A DNA stretch of 64,000 nucleotides from a phage. Where the stretch lies: the sequence record PZ445446.1; one strand, written 5' to 3'. Below, piece by piece: positions 56,380 through 64,000 of this stretch (position 1 is its first letter; the number at the start of each line of letters is the position of its first letter). The notes under the pieces are model-generated. The model saw only the letters and a program-made list of their open reading frames with translations. It did no database searches and had not been told where the DNA came from. The position numbers and the translations under genes are program-made.

Positions 56380-56652
56380 ATGTTAAGCTGGATTAACCAA
56401 GAAGTTGAATCACGTTTTAATGCTATTTGGGATCTCATCGAAAAAGAGGACGGAACATCAAGCCCTTATCTCAATAATCTTGAATTCCATTTCGTGGAAG
56501 CGATGAACGCAGAACATGATCACGAAGGTGGTGCGGATGAATTCGCTAAAGGATATGGCTTCAACAATGCCAACGAAATGATCGAGGCGGTTGTACTCCA
56601 GGCTGAGGAAGATTATCAATTAAAAACGCTTGAATTCTGCCGCCGTAAGTAA
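56380..56652 (+). CDS. hypothetical acidic protein
   Basis: Internal ATG after GGAAGAGAGGAAAA; track start 56296 coincides with the promoter -35. Confidence 0.5.
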   Translation: MLSWINQEVESRFNAIWDLIEKEDGTSSPYLNNLEFHFVEAMNAEHDHEGGADEFAKGYGFNNANEMIEAVVLQAEEDYQLKTLEFCRRK

Positions 56653-56712
56653 TAAGATAATGACACGGGCCAAAAGGCCCACTAATCAGAACCGCACAAA
56701 GAGGTAAACATC

Positions 56713-56976
56713 ATGAAACGTCTTGATCAGCTCAAATTAGTTCAATATATGGCTTATCGTGTTCTTGAAGTCCAGAAAGGTAGCAAAAAAGAGGTTTGCG
56801 AGAAAGCTTATAAGATCTTCACTCGCAAAAAAGATGACTGGATGCTGCGCCAGACTAAAAAGGCTGACATCTTGGGGTACCTGGAAGAAGAGATCCGCCT
56901 TGAAGAGCAAGAAGAGATCCGCCGTAGTGAGGCAGATTATCAGGCAGCTTGGGAAAACTGGATGAGCAACAAATAA
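56713..56976 (+). CDS. hypothetical small protein
   Basis: 87 aa; AAGAGG RBS. Confidence 0.5.
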   Translation: MKRLDQLKLVQYMAYRVLEVQKGSKKEVCEKAYKIFTRKKDDWMLRQTKKADILGYLEEEIRLEEQEEIRRSEADYQAAWENWMSNK

Positions 56977-57042
56977 TACAACAAGTTACATGGTCAGGGG
57001 CAATAAAGCCCCTTGATCACATAAAAATTATGCTATCCCTGG

Positions 57043-57071
57043 TTGACAGGGATCGGCAGTTTTGCTATATT
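57043..57071 (+). promoter_or_regulatory. sigma70-type promoter TTGACA-N17-TATATT
   Basis: 78 nt upstream of ATG 57121. Confidence 0.55.
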
Positions 57072-57120
57072 CTTTTTTGAAGGGAAGTTGTAAGAAAATT
57101 AACTAAGAGGTAAAAACACC

Positions 57121-57540
57121 ATGAACATTAAATCTAATAATCCGGCATATAGCTTTGATAACGCTTTTTGTCACGGTCCGGCGGCGAAAGGATTCGAAAT
57201 CGATGGTAAACTAATTATTGTCAATGTTGACGGGGAAGAGGTTGCAGTATATCCGGTGGCAGACGTAAAAAGCCGTTTACAATGCCGCATGGATGTTACC
57301 GCCTATCAGCTTGATCCGGTCCGCATAGTTGCCCTGGTCCTGGAAGAAGAAATTAAAGCCATGCACCATAGCAACAGATTTATTGGTGACGCGCAGGATA
57401 ATATGAAAGTATGCCGCCATAAAGTTAATGAAGTGCTTAAAGAGTACGGCTATAAAGATCTTATGATCAAACGTGAGGAAAAATTCCGCTACCGTAACGA
57501 CCTGGCAAATCGGATTTTTGAAATATACGAATCATTATAA
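57121..57540 (+). CDS. hypothetical protein
   Basis: 139 aa; AAGAGG RBS after TTGACA-N17-TATATT promoter; strong terminator follows. Confidence 0.5.
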   Translation: MNIKSNNPAYSFDNAFCHGPAAKGFEIDGKLIIVNVDGEEVAVYPVADVKSRLQCRMDVTAYQLDPVRIVALVLEEEIKAMHHSNRFIGDAQDNMKVCRHKVNEVLKEYGYKDLMIKREEKFRYRNDLANRIFEIYESL

Positions 57541-57557
57541 TTTTTTAACTGAATTAT

Positions 57558-57586
57558 CAAGGGGCTTAGGCCCCTTTCTTTTTGTC
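57558..57586 (+). terminator. intrinsic terminator ending rightward small-gene module
   Basis: AAGGGGC-ttag-GCCCCTT + TCTTTTTG after stop 57540. Confidence 0.7.
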
Positions 57587-58200
57587 TGCTCTTCTCCTAC
57601 CATAAACGGCCCTACCTGGCAAGTGGAATAATTGACTAGCCATCAATCCCACATACTGTACAAATATACATGGAAAATAACTATTGCATAATTTTTCATT
57701 GTGTGGTAGCAAGTCCATTTTTACCCGTTTTCTCTCCCAAAAGTGCACGTAATGCCGCTATTGCACAAATTTTAACCTGATGCACATCTCCAATATCTTG
57801 TCAACAACTAAAAATCTTTATAAGTCATACACTTACACAGCATCGAAAGCGTGTTCTACGCGAAAAATCGAGTATAACTATAGCCGCCAGATCTCAGAAT
57901 TCACGTACGCACGCCATTCTATAGCCTGCAAAGTATTTATTCCAACCACAGAATAACGGAATAGTCAATACCTGCATAAAATAATTATTCGTGTAAACTG
58001 CATAACATAAATCAGCTCAGGTGTCAACATTTTTCGTAAACAGTCCGAAATTATCACGATGAGCTATCATAAACAGAGAAATATTTAGTCGTCTAATGTT
58101 TACTGTACATTACTATACTGACTGGAATCATTAGATGACTAAGAGAAAGATAAGAAATAATTAATAATGTAATTATTTTACCTGTAACAATAAGGCAACT

Positions 58201-58494
58201 ATGCAAACGAATGGCATGGCGCGACGGAGTCGCGACATAATATAAAAGCAGTAACCATCACCCCCGTGATAGTTTGTCTGCAAACTATTAATCAGATCAT
58301 AGTTGCCTTGTATTTAGTTAATCATGACATAACAAGCAAGGCAACTATAGATCTTCTAATAGTTGCCCTGCTTTTATATTATGTCATAGGAACGCCCGAA
58401 GGGGTGACCTAGTCACCTGGTATAGCCAGCGAAAGATTATTAACTTGTCGATTGTTATCTTGTTAATTGTTTTCATGCAAACGAATGGCATGGC
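58201..58494. repeat. 20-bp direct repeat pair (atgcaaacgaatggcatggc)
   Basis: Copies at 58201-58220 and 58475-58494. Confidence 0.6.
58234..58387. repeat. 18-bp perfect inverted repeat pair (gacataatataaaagcag / ctgcttttatattatgtc)
   Basis: Arms at 58234-58251 and 58370-58387. Confidence 0.6.
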
Positions 58495-60060
58495 TTATCA
58501 TCTATGCGTGAACAGTGAGGCATGCAATAGTAACAATTGTTATTGTATCCAGTGTGTTGAGTATGCCCAGTGTGTCACTATTATGTCATATTATGTCACA
58601 GTATGTCAGACAAGTTTTCCTCCTCTTTGTCAAGTGCTGCATGAAAAATTTACAAGCTTGTATGGTAGCATTTTTGCGGCCCTGTTTACATTCAGTGTTG
58701 TATGTATAATCCTTGTTGTGTGGGCGTTTAGACGTCTGGACGGTCAGAAGTTTGCAGGTCAATATCTAATCTATTGGCTGCTAACTATATCCCCCACAAA
58801 TAATAAGAAATATAATTGTTATGTGCGTAAACAGTAACCCATGTTATCAATCCCTGTATGTATCGCCAGTGGTGCGCATAATGGGTATTATGTTAAATTG
58901 CCCGTAATGATAACAGTTCTCACAATGATAGGTATTCTCATTCATCCACACAAAATAGGTTGCAAATGTTGTGCCACTGTGTGAACGGCCTGGCCTATTA
59001 ATTTCTCTCACTGCCTCGATATTTGAGAATTGTTATAAGAATGAGAAGTATTCCCATTCCGTCCGCCTGGCAGCACTCCAGTAGCTACCGGCTCCTGACA
59101 GGGCAGCACTCCTGTAGGTCAGGTCAAAATCGTGGTAGAATTGGGCCTGTTCAGATATTTCTGACTGACTCTTCAGATCTGTGTGGGAAAAGCCAACCTC
59201 TCCGGAGGGGCAGGGGAGGTCAATTAAAAAATTTACGTGGTGTATGAAGCGCTCTTCAGGTAAGGCATGTATTATGGGATGAAACCCTCTTCAGGCAATG
59301 ATATTTGTGGGTGTGATATTTGCTGGAAAGCCAGATATGACGGGACTCCCGGCGGGGATGGGGTAGTACAGACAGGGAAAATATGGGGATGTAGTTGGGT
59401 AAATTGATCAGACAGGTAGAGTATGGAATATGTTACAAGTATGTTAAATAGGGAGGATGAATATCTGCAGGATTTGTGTGTAAAATCAAAGACTTAAGTG
59501 GTGTTGTGGTATTTTCTATAAATAATTCAAGTTTAATAGGTAATATTTGTCTCTATCCACTTTGTGTGGTAAACAGATTCAGATGAAATTGGTTTACAAG
59601 TGTATACATAATATACAAATTAAAGATACAAGAAACCCCCCTCCCCCTTCGGCTACCATTCACCTTTTCCTCTGACTGGTACTTAAACACTTATTCAGAC
59701 TCTTCAGGTTATCACCCATATATCATATGGCAGTGACTGGTGTCCTCCGGCCCCTCTTTCGTCACCCGTCCGCTTCGCCATGCTAATGCCATAGCCAATG
59801 GTTCGGTTGTTCACTCTGTTCACTCAGGTGTATCTCCATACCCCTTCAAACCGAAGAGAACAGAAAACCCGAATTACTCGGTAAAAGAAAAGAGAAGAAC
59901 TTAATTTTATCAGGATAGGCAAGAATGTCAAGGCATGACTGCTCACTAAACAAGCAAACAGTCATGTGTGGAAGGTAAGTGATTGTGGTGGTGGGAAATT
60001 TAGTTGAAAGATGTGTTATAGGTGCGCTTCCAGCACTTTGGCCGGGCAGCTAATTGTGTG

Positions 60061-60276
60061 TCAGTCCAGCGGTTCATCCTCTACTTCACTGAAATCAATG
60101 TTCATGGTCTCCTCCCAACCATCGATCTCAGCACAAGAGTGGAGTTCTTTAGGGTTTACTCCCAAAGCCTCAGCAACAGAGTCTATATTTAACACCTCTG
60201 GCAGGTATGATTCATCGAATTCAAGGTAAATCAGGCCACGAGTGTTGTCAGCTCCACCAAATATCTCTATCTTCAT
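60061..60276 (-). CDS. small acidic protein
   Basis: 71 aa, Asp/Glu-rich; last gene of leftward array. Confidence 0.45.
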   Translation of the reverse strand: MKIEIFGGADNTRGLIYLEFDESYLPEVLNIDSVAEALGVNPKELHSCAEIDGWEETMNIDFSEVEDEPLD

Positions 60277-60397
60277 GAAATCTCCTCTGGAAATGAGAGT
60301 GTGAACAGGGTTTTATACGTTCTAATGCACAGGAATTATACACGTTTGCCTCTTCAGGCCATGCTTTAGCATGAGGAACCTGTGTGGGCTCGGTGCT

Positions 60398-60610
60398 TCA
60401 TAGTCTACCACCTCTGAACTCTTCGTGCTCAGGCATAATAGAGAACCAGATATCTACGATGTCCTCCCACGTCAGGTCATCAGCCTCAGGATCTGTCTGG
60501 GACGAAGATGAAGAGTCCTCAGAATCTAAGTTTTCCTCTTTAACTGGCTCATCCAAGGGACATATGGTCACTCCTTCGGATGTCTCTTCAGATGCATGTG
60601 TGTTGATCAT
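60398..60610 (-). CDS. small acidic Ser-rich protein
   Basis: 70 aa; poly-Ser and D/E-rich. Confidence 0.45.
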   Translation of the reverse strand: MINTHASEETSEGVTICPLDEPVKEENLDSEDSSSSSQTDPEADDLTWEDIVDIWFSIMPEHEEFRGGRL

Positions 60611-60708
60611 GTTCCCCCCGTGAGTATTCCGGCAACAGCCGCTATGGAAGTAATGATCATCAGGATCACCACTAAAACTTCAGACAATGTTCTCATTGTA
60701 TATTCCAT
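60607..60708 (-). CDS. small membrane peptide (33 aa, uncertain)
   Basis: Hydrophobic ORF whose TGA overlaps the ATG of the next gene (ATGA); GGAGA upstream; minus-strand promoter just upstream. Confidence 0.3.
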   Translation of the reverse strand: MEYTMRTLSEVLVVILMIITSIAAVAGILTGGT

Positions 60709-60728
60709 ATTCTCCAAACTGTGTGTGG

Positions 60729-60757
60729 ATACTATCACGGGAGCGGTAATGTGTCAA
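60729..60757 (-). promoter_or_regulatory. sigma70-type promoter (minus strand) TTGACA-N17-TAGTAT
   Basis: Read on minus strand; upstream of the 60607-60708 / 60398-60610 pair; overlaps the GTGGATACTAT 11-mer. Confidence 0.45.
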
Positions 60758-60916
60758 CAGCAACGCCGCGAGGGTTTGGTTAAAATCCGAGCGTATGGTG
60801 ATTTGGGTCAAAACGGACGTGCGTTCTCGCTACGCTCGAAAGAGAGACTTGTTTGTAGAAAGCTCTTAAACGCTCTGTAACGAGATTATCTGTCCAAGGT
60901 ATGCAATCGTGCACCA

Positions 60917-60946
60917 GATAAAGAAAAGGACGCCACAGAGCGTCCT
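60917..60946 (-). terminator. intrinsic terminator (minus strand)
   Basis: On minus strand AGGACGC-tctgtg-GCGTCCT + TTTTCTTTAT downstream of 60971-61282. Confidence 0.55.
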
Positions 60947-60970
60947 AGGTGTCTTAAATTTGATATTTTG

Positions 60971-61282
60971 CTATACCCATGAGGGCTTATCAAGGTTGGA
61001 GTAGCTGAAAGGTGTCAAAAGGTGACTGTCAAAATCCCTCAAACTATCCAAATCTTTTTCCTCGTCCTGACACCATCTGTGCCTACATTTATTGTTGTAG
61101 TGCATAGAATGCATAGCGTTCTGCAACTTAACAGGTACAAGTGATTCAGGAGTAGATAGTATTGTTGGGTATGCCAGAATCACCTCAAACAGTGGAAACA
61201 CATCGAAACTAAAGTCTATCTCTGCAGAGGTTGATGGCATATAGGAGTATTTAGCCGCCTTTGTAGACATAATCCACCTCAC
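60971..61282 (-). CDS. hypothetical protein
   Basis: 103-aa ORF followed on minus strand by hairpin/U-tract terminator. Confidence 0.45.
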   Translation of the reverse strand: MRWIMSTKAAKYSYMPSTSAEIDFSFDVFPLFEVILAYPTILSTPESLVPVKLQNAMHSMHYNNKCRHRWCQDEEKDLDSLRDFDSHLLTPFSYSNLDKPSWV

Positions 61283-61605
61283 ACAGGTTTGATAATACCT
61301 TTACCGAATAATTCTTCGTATCTAATCTTATCCGGATCCCACTCTTGGATAATTTCGAAGACAATATCCAACCCAGGGATAATCACTTCTCCAGTGTCAA
61401 GTTTGGCAAGAACAAAACCAGAAGGCTGAATGGTTTCCCAGTTGCGCCGATTGGAATAGAAGACCTCGAAAATATCGCCGACCTTTATCTGTTGATCAAG
61501 ATGTTCAAGATTCTCTTTCATATAGACGCAGCGGATTTTTCGTGCAGGCCAGAGACCACCTGCATCACGTTCATTTAGCTCTTTTACAGTAATCGGTATA
61601 CCCAT
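61279..61605 (-). CDS. hypothetical protein
   Basis: 108-aa ORF, overlaps neighbour. Confidence 0.45.
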   Translation of the reverse strand: MGIPITVKELNERDAGGLWPARKIRCVYMKENLEHLDQQIKVGDIFEVFYSNRRNWETIQPSGFVLAKLDTGEVIIPGLDIVFEIIQEWDPDKIRYEELFGKGIIKPV

Positions 61606-61627
61606 CTCAAATCTCCTTCATAGATAG

Positions 61628-61655
61628 TAAAAAGAGGGGCCCAAGCCCCCCTCTT
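61628..61655 (-). terminator. putative hairpin terminator/attenuator (minus strand)
   Basis: GAGGGGCC…GCCCCCCTC hairpin between two leftward genes; weak U-tract. Confidence 0.35.
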
Positions 61656-61660
61656 TGTCA

Positions 61661-61966
61661 TTATTCTACAGAGCGTTTGAACAGAATGTCTGCCTCAGAC
61701 ATGTGCTCAACCTCTTCTTCGATTTTAGCGCGACGTTTTTCAGCCTCATAGCGAATATCGAACTCGGTAGCCACCAGAGATTTGATGAATTTAGGAGAAT
61801 ACAGGTGATCCTGCTTCTCAACGAGAATGATATCCTTAATGGCATCTTTCAGATCTTTAATCTGAAGTTGGAGTTCTACCAGTTCTTCGATTGTTTTGCG
61901 AAGGCGATCACGCTCTGCAGTGTCAGAAGGAAGAGAGGTGAACAGTTCAACTTTAGATTTAGCCAT
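61661..61966 (-). CDS. hypothetical coiled-coil protein
   Basis: 101 aa, charged heptad-like sequence. Confidence 0.45.
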   Translation of the reverse strand: MAKSKVELFTSLPSDTAERDRLRKTIEELVELQLQIKDLKDAIKDIILVEKQDHLYSPKFIKSLVATEFDIRYEAEKRRAKIEEEVEHMSEADILFKRSVE

Positions 61967-61994
61967 AGTAAGAGTCTCCTTATGTTGTTTTAAA

Positions 61995-62246
61995 TTAACG
62001 TTCTACAAAAATACCGTTCAGTTCAATAACCAGGAATTTCTGGTCTTCACTATCGTCTCGTGCCAGCACCTCACAGACGTATCGGTCATCCCCATCATCA
62101 TCGCAGTCAAATACAAGACTGAGGACTTTATCATGGTAAACCTTCGCCACTACCGCCTCGTAAGTATTGCCGATTGTGAATCCAAGATAATCTCCGATGC
62201 ATTTGACAACAACATGGTCTCCAGCATTTAAGTCAATCTTCGTCAT
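61995..62246 (-). CDS. hypothetical small acidic protein
   Basis: Internal ATG after AAGGAGCG RBS chosen over track start 62312. Confidence 0.45.
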   Translation of the reverse strand: MTKIDLNAGDHVVVKCIGDYLGFTIGNTYEAVVAKVYHDKVLSLVFDCDDDGDDRYVCEVLARDDSEDQKFLVIELNGIFVER

Positions 62247-62373
62247 TACTGCGCTCCTTGGGTAATAATACTGTATGTAAAACTTTAACCAGAGATGTGA
62301 ATAACGCCCCAAAACACACCGATAGCGCTAAAACAGACAAGGCCATCATTAAAGCTTCAGTAAAATCAGTCAT
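62233..62373 (-). CDS. small membrane peptide (46 aa, uncertain)
   Basis: ATG after AAGAGGTGAGGA; hydrophobic MMALSVLALSVCFGALF; 3' end overlaps next gene start; absent from track. Confidence 0.3.
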   Translation of the reverse strand: MTDFTEALMMALSVLALSVCFGALFTSLVKVLHTVLLPKERSNDED

Positions 62374-62401
62374 TCCTCACCTCTTGTTAGTCACTGTACT
62401 A

Positions 62402-62665
62402 TCATTTATCCTTGTCGTCAAGAACTTTTTTAAATCTTTCAGGGATATCTCCCGTTCTTAGATAGTTCATGACCTCGCAAGGTTCCCACTTGAATTTCTT
62501 ACAGAGCAGGGCGGCTGAGATTGTTTCATTGCGAAAAGAAAGGATATTAATATCCCACTCTGAGAACCCCAACTTCCGAAGGGTAGCTACAGAAATCCTC
62601 ACCGCAACCCAGCAGCAAAAACATGCAACAAACGCCACTGCTACAACCCACATCAGGATGTTCAT
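62402..62665 (-). CDS. membrane protein
   Basis: 87 aa; N-terminal TM (ILMWVVAVAFVACFCCWVAV). Confidence 0.4.
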   Translation of the reverse strand: MNILMWVVAVAFVACFCCWVAVRISVATLRKLGFSEWDINILSFRNETISAALLCKKFKWEPCEVMNYLRTGDIPERFKKVLDDKDK

Positions 62666-62754
62666 ATAAGCACCTTACTGAAATACAAGACACAGTGTTA
62701 AGGTTACTGACCAGCAAATAATTAACAGTGCCGTTGCAACCTTTGCAAGATTTA

Positions 62755-63042
62755 TCATAGTGCCTCTAAGATTTCATATCCTTCGGGTCGGAATACAAGC
62801 CACTCCGTGGCTCCGTTTGGTCGATACGCTTTATACAGAACAACCTGGTCTCGGCACATGCACATGGCTACATAGTTTTCATCCACACCTGCAGCCTGCA
62901 TTGCATCTTCTTCTCCGGCAACTGCTTTGCTTACAACTTCCTTGGTAGGCAGGTGTGCGATCAGCTCGTCACCATCATTAATTCCAAAATGGCTGAGTTC
63001 GCCGTTGGTATCTTTAATCTTAATCTTAACCAGATCTTTCAT
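62755..63042 (-). CDS. hypothetical small protein
   Basis: 95-aa ORF. Confidence 0.45.
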   Translation of the reverse strand: MKDLVKIKIKDTNGELSHFGINDGDELIAHLPTKEVVSKAVAGEEDAMQAAGVDENYVAMCMCRDQVVLYKAYRPNGATEWLVFRPEGYEILEAL

Positions 63043-63371
63043 TAGTCTTCCCCCAGGTTCAAAGGTCCTAAGATTTCATATGCCAGATTAGAAGTTACAA
63101 GAGGGTCTTCTGCGTCTTTAGTATTATACCACCCGTGAATGACCAGAGTCCCACTTTGTTTCATGTCCAACTGGAACTCTTCTGCCGTTTCCTCATCCAG
63201 CTCCAAGATTTCCATAAGGTATTTGATGTTAGGGAGGTATGCAGCTGTTACAGTCCCCTCTACCAGACCTTCAGGCCAACCTACATCTGGATGACAAGTA
63301 GGAACCAGGTTGGTCAGCTTAATGGTGTACGCTTTTTCTGCACGAGCCTTCAGTAACGGGTCAATCTTCAT
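63042..63371 (-). CDS. hypothetical protein
   Basis: 109-aa ORF, start/stop overlap. Confidence 0.45.
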   Translation of the reverse strand: MKIDPLLKARAEKAYTIKLTNLVPTCHPDVGWPEGLVEGTVTAAYLPNIKYLMEILELDEETAEEFQLDMKQSGTLVIHGWYNTKDAEDPLVTSNLAYEILGPLNLGED

Positions 63372-63721
63372 TATTCGTCCTCCTCTTCGGTACCTGCTTC
63401 CAGTAATAAGTTAAGAATATCTTCTGCACAAGGTTCATAGAACTCTTGGCCTTCATTATCGATGATTTTGTAGTCATCTCCACGAATAATCAGGGGATCA
63501 CTATCAAAATTATCGAGACCTTTAACAACGACAACACGATCGATTGCCATCATTGTAAGAACTTTATCGACATCTTCCTCTGCTACACCATACTGCAGCA
63601 GAATGTCTTTGGTAGGAGGAACAGCATCCACCACAACGCCGTTACCAAAACCTTCTGGAAGTTTAGCTAAAATATCTTCCGGAACCACATTCACATCAAA
63701 ACCGGTAATTTCTACTTTCAT
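63371..63721 (-). CDS. hypothetical acidic protein
   Basis: 116 aa; resembles neighbour 63722-63982. Confidence 0.45.
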   Translation of the reverse strand: MKVEITGFDVNVVPEDILAKLPEGFGNGVVVDAVPPTKDILLQYGVAEEDVDKVLTMMAIDRVVVVKGLDNFDSDPLIIRGDDYKIIDNEGQEFYEPCAEDILNLLLEAGTEEEDE

Positions 63722-63982
63722 TTACAGCACCTCTTCGTCAACTACTTCATAAAAATGGCCTGGGATTGCAATAGCGTTCTCACCTTCACCTACAAACACA
63801 GTTCCGTCAAGAATCAACATCATAAGAATTTCTGTAATATCCTCTTCCGGAACGTTGCCAAAACCTTTAATCAGCTCGTAGGTTGGAATATTTACCTCTA
63901 AGATGTCACCATCTTTAGAACGGAAATCAACACCGTCCTGAATCTCTGCCGTTTCAAGGTTTTTCAATTTAATCTTCATCAA
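63722..63982 (-). CDS. hypothetical acidic protein
   Basis: 86 aa; array continues beyond window. Confidence 0.45.
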   Translation of the reverse strand: MMKIKLKNLETAEIQDGVDFRSKDGDILEVNIPTYELIKGFGNVPEEDITEILMMLILDGTVFVGEGENAIAIPGHFYEVVDEEVL

Positions 63983-64000
63983 TCGGTCCCCTGTCTTGTT

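Noticed and set aside
58445-58837. Track ORFs (130 aa and 64 aa at 58515-58709) inside repeat-dense noncoding DNA
   Set aside because: TTG/GTG starts, no RBS, Cys-rich translation arising from TGT-containing iterons; likely artefacts of repeats.
59023-59247. Track ORF (74 aa) in the CTCTTCAGG motif region
   Set aside because: TTG start without RBS, Arg/Ser/Gly-rich low-complexity product; surrounding DNA looks regulatory rather than coding.
57590-60060. tRNA genes or other canonical RNA genes in the large noncoding region
   Set aside because: Scanned by eye for T-loop (GGTTCGA-like) plus acceptor-stem pairing and found none; cannot exclude without a tRNA scan, so not called.
1-64000. Prophage/lysogeny module (integrase, CI-like repressor, att site)
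   Set aside because: No recombinase or repressor motifs recognised; gene content and promoter/terminator-dense small-gene arrays fit a virulent phage.

Overview
This window reads as about 64 kb of a virulent tailed dsDNA phage genome (Caudoviricetes); no integrase, repressor, rRNA, tRNA or CRISPR array was recognised. Layout: (1) 14-13603, + strand, tail and tail-fiber genes including two paralogous fibers and a 1878-aa Ig-like-domain protein; (2) 13651-20610, - strand, small genes plus a HAD phosphatase and a metallopeptidase/VWA protein; (3) 20687-46489, + strand, replication and DNA-metabolism module (AAA+ ATPase, SleB-like hydrolase, rIIA-like GHKL ATPase, Dda-like helicase, N6-adenine and C5-cytosine-like methyltransferases, primase-helicase, family-A DNA polymerase, SSB ending in DDDIPF, TARG1/DarG-like macrodomain); (4) 46490-47509, a 1-kb noncoding region with iterons, two near-consensus Fur boxes, GC-rich structured repeats and an A14 tract; (5) 47510-57540, + strand, many small genes each with a near-consensus sigma70 promoter, a 5' leader hairpin and a terminator, plus three near-identical 48-bp inverted-repeat elements; (6) 57590-60060, a 2.5-kb repeat-dense noncoding region between convergent units; (7) 60061-64000, - strand, small mostly acidic genes. 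All calls come from reading motifs in the sequence and the supplied ORF track; no database search was run, so product names are motif-level inferences. Coordinates of non-CDS features were counted by hand from ORF anchors and may be off by 1-2 bp. The most likely candidates for an undescribed system are the Fur-box/structured-repeat locus and the two repeat-dense noncoding regions.
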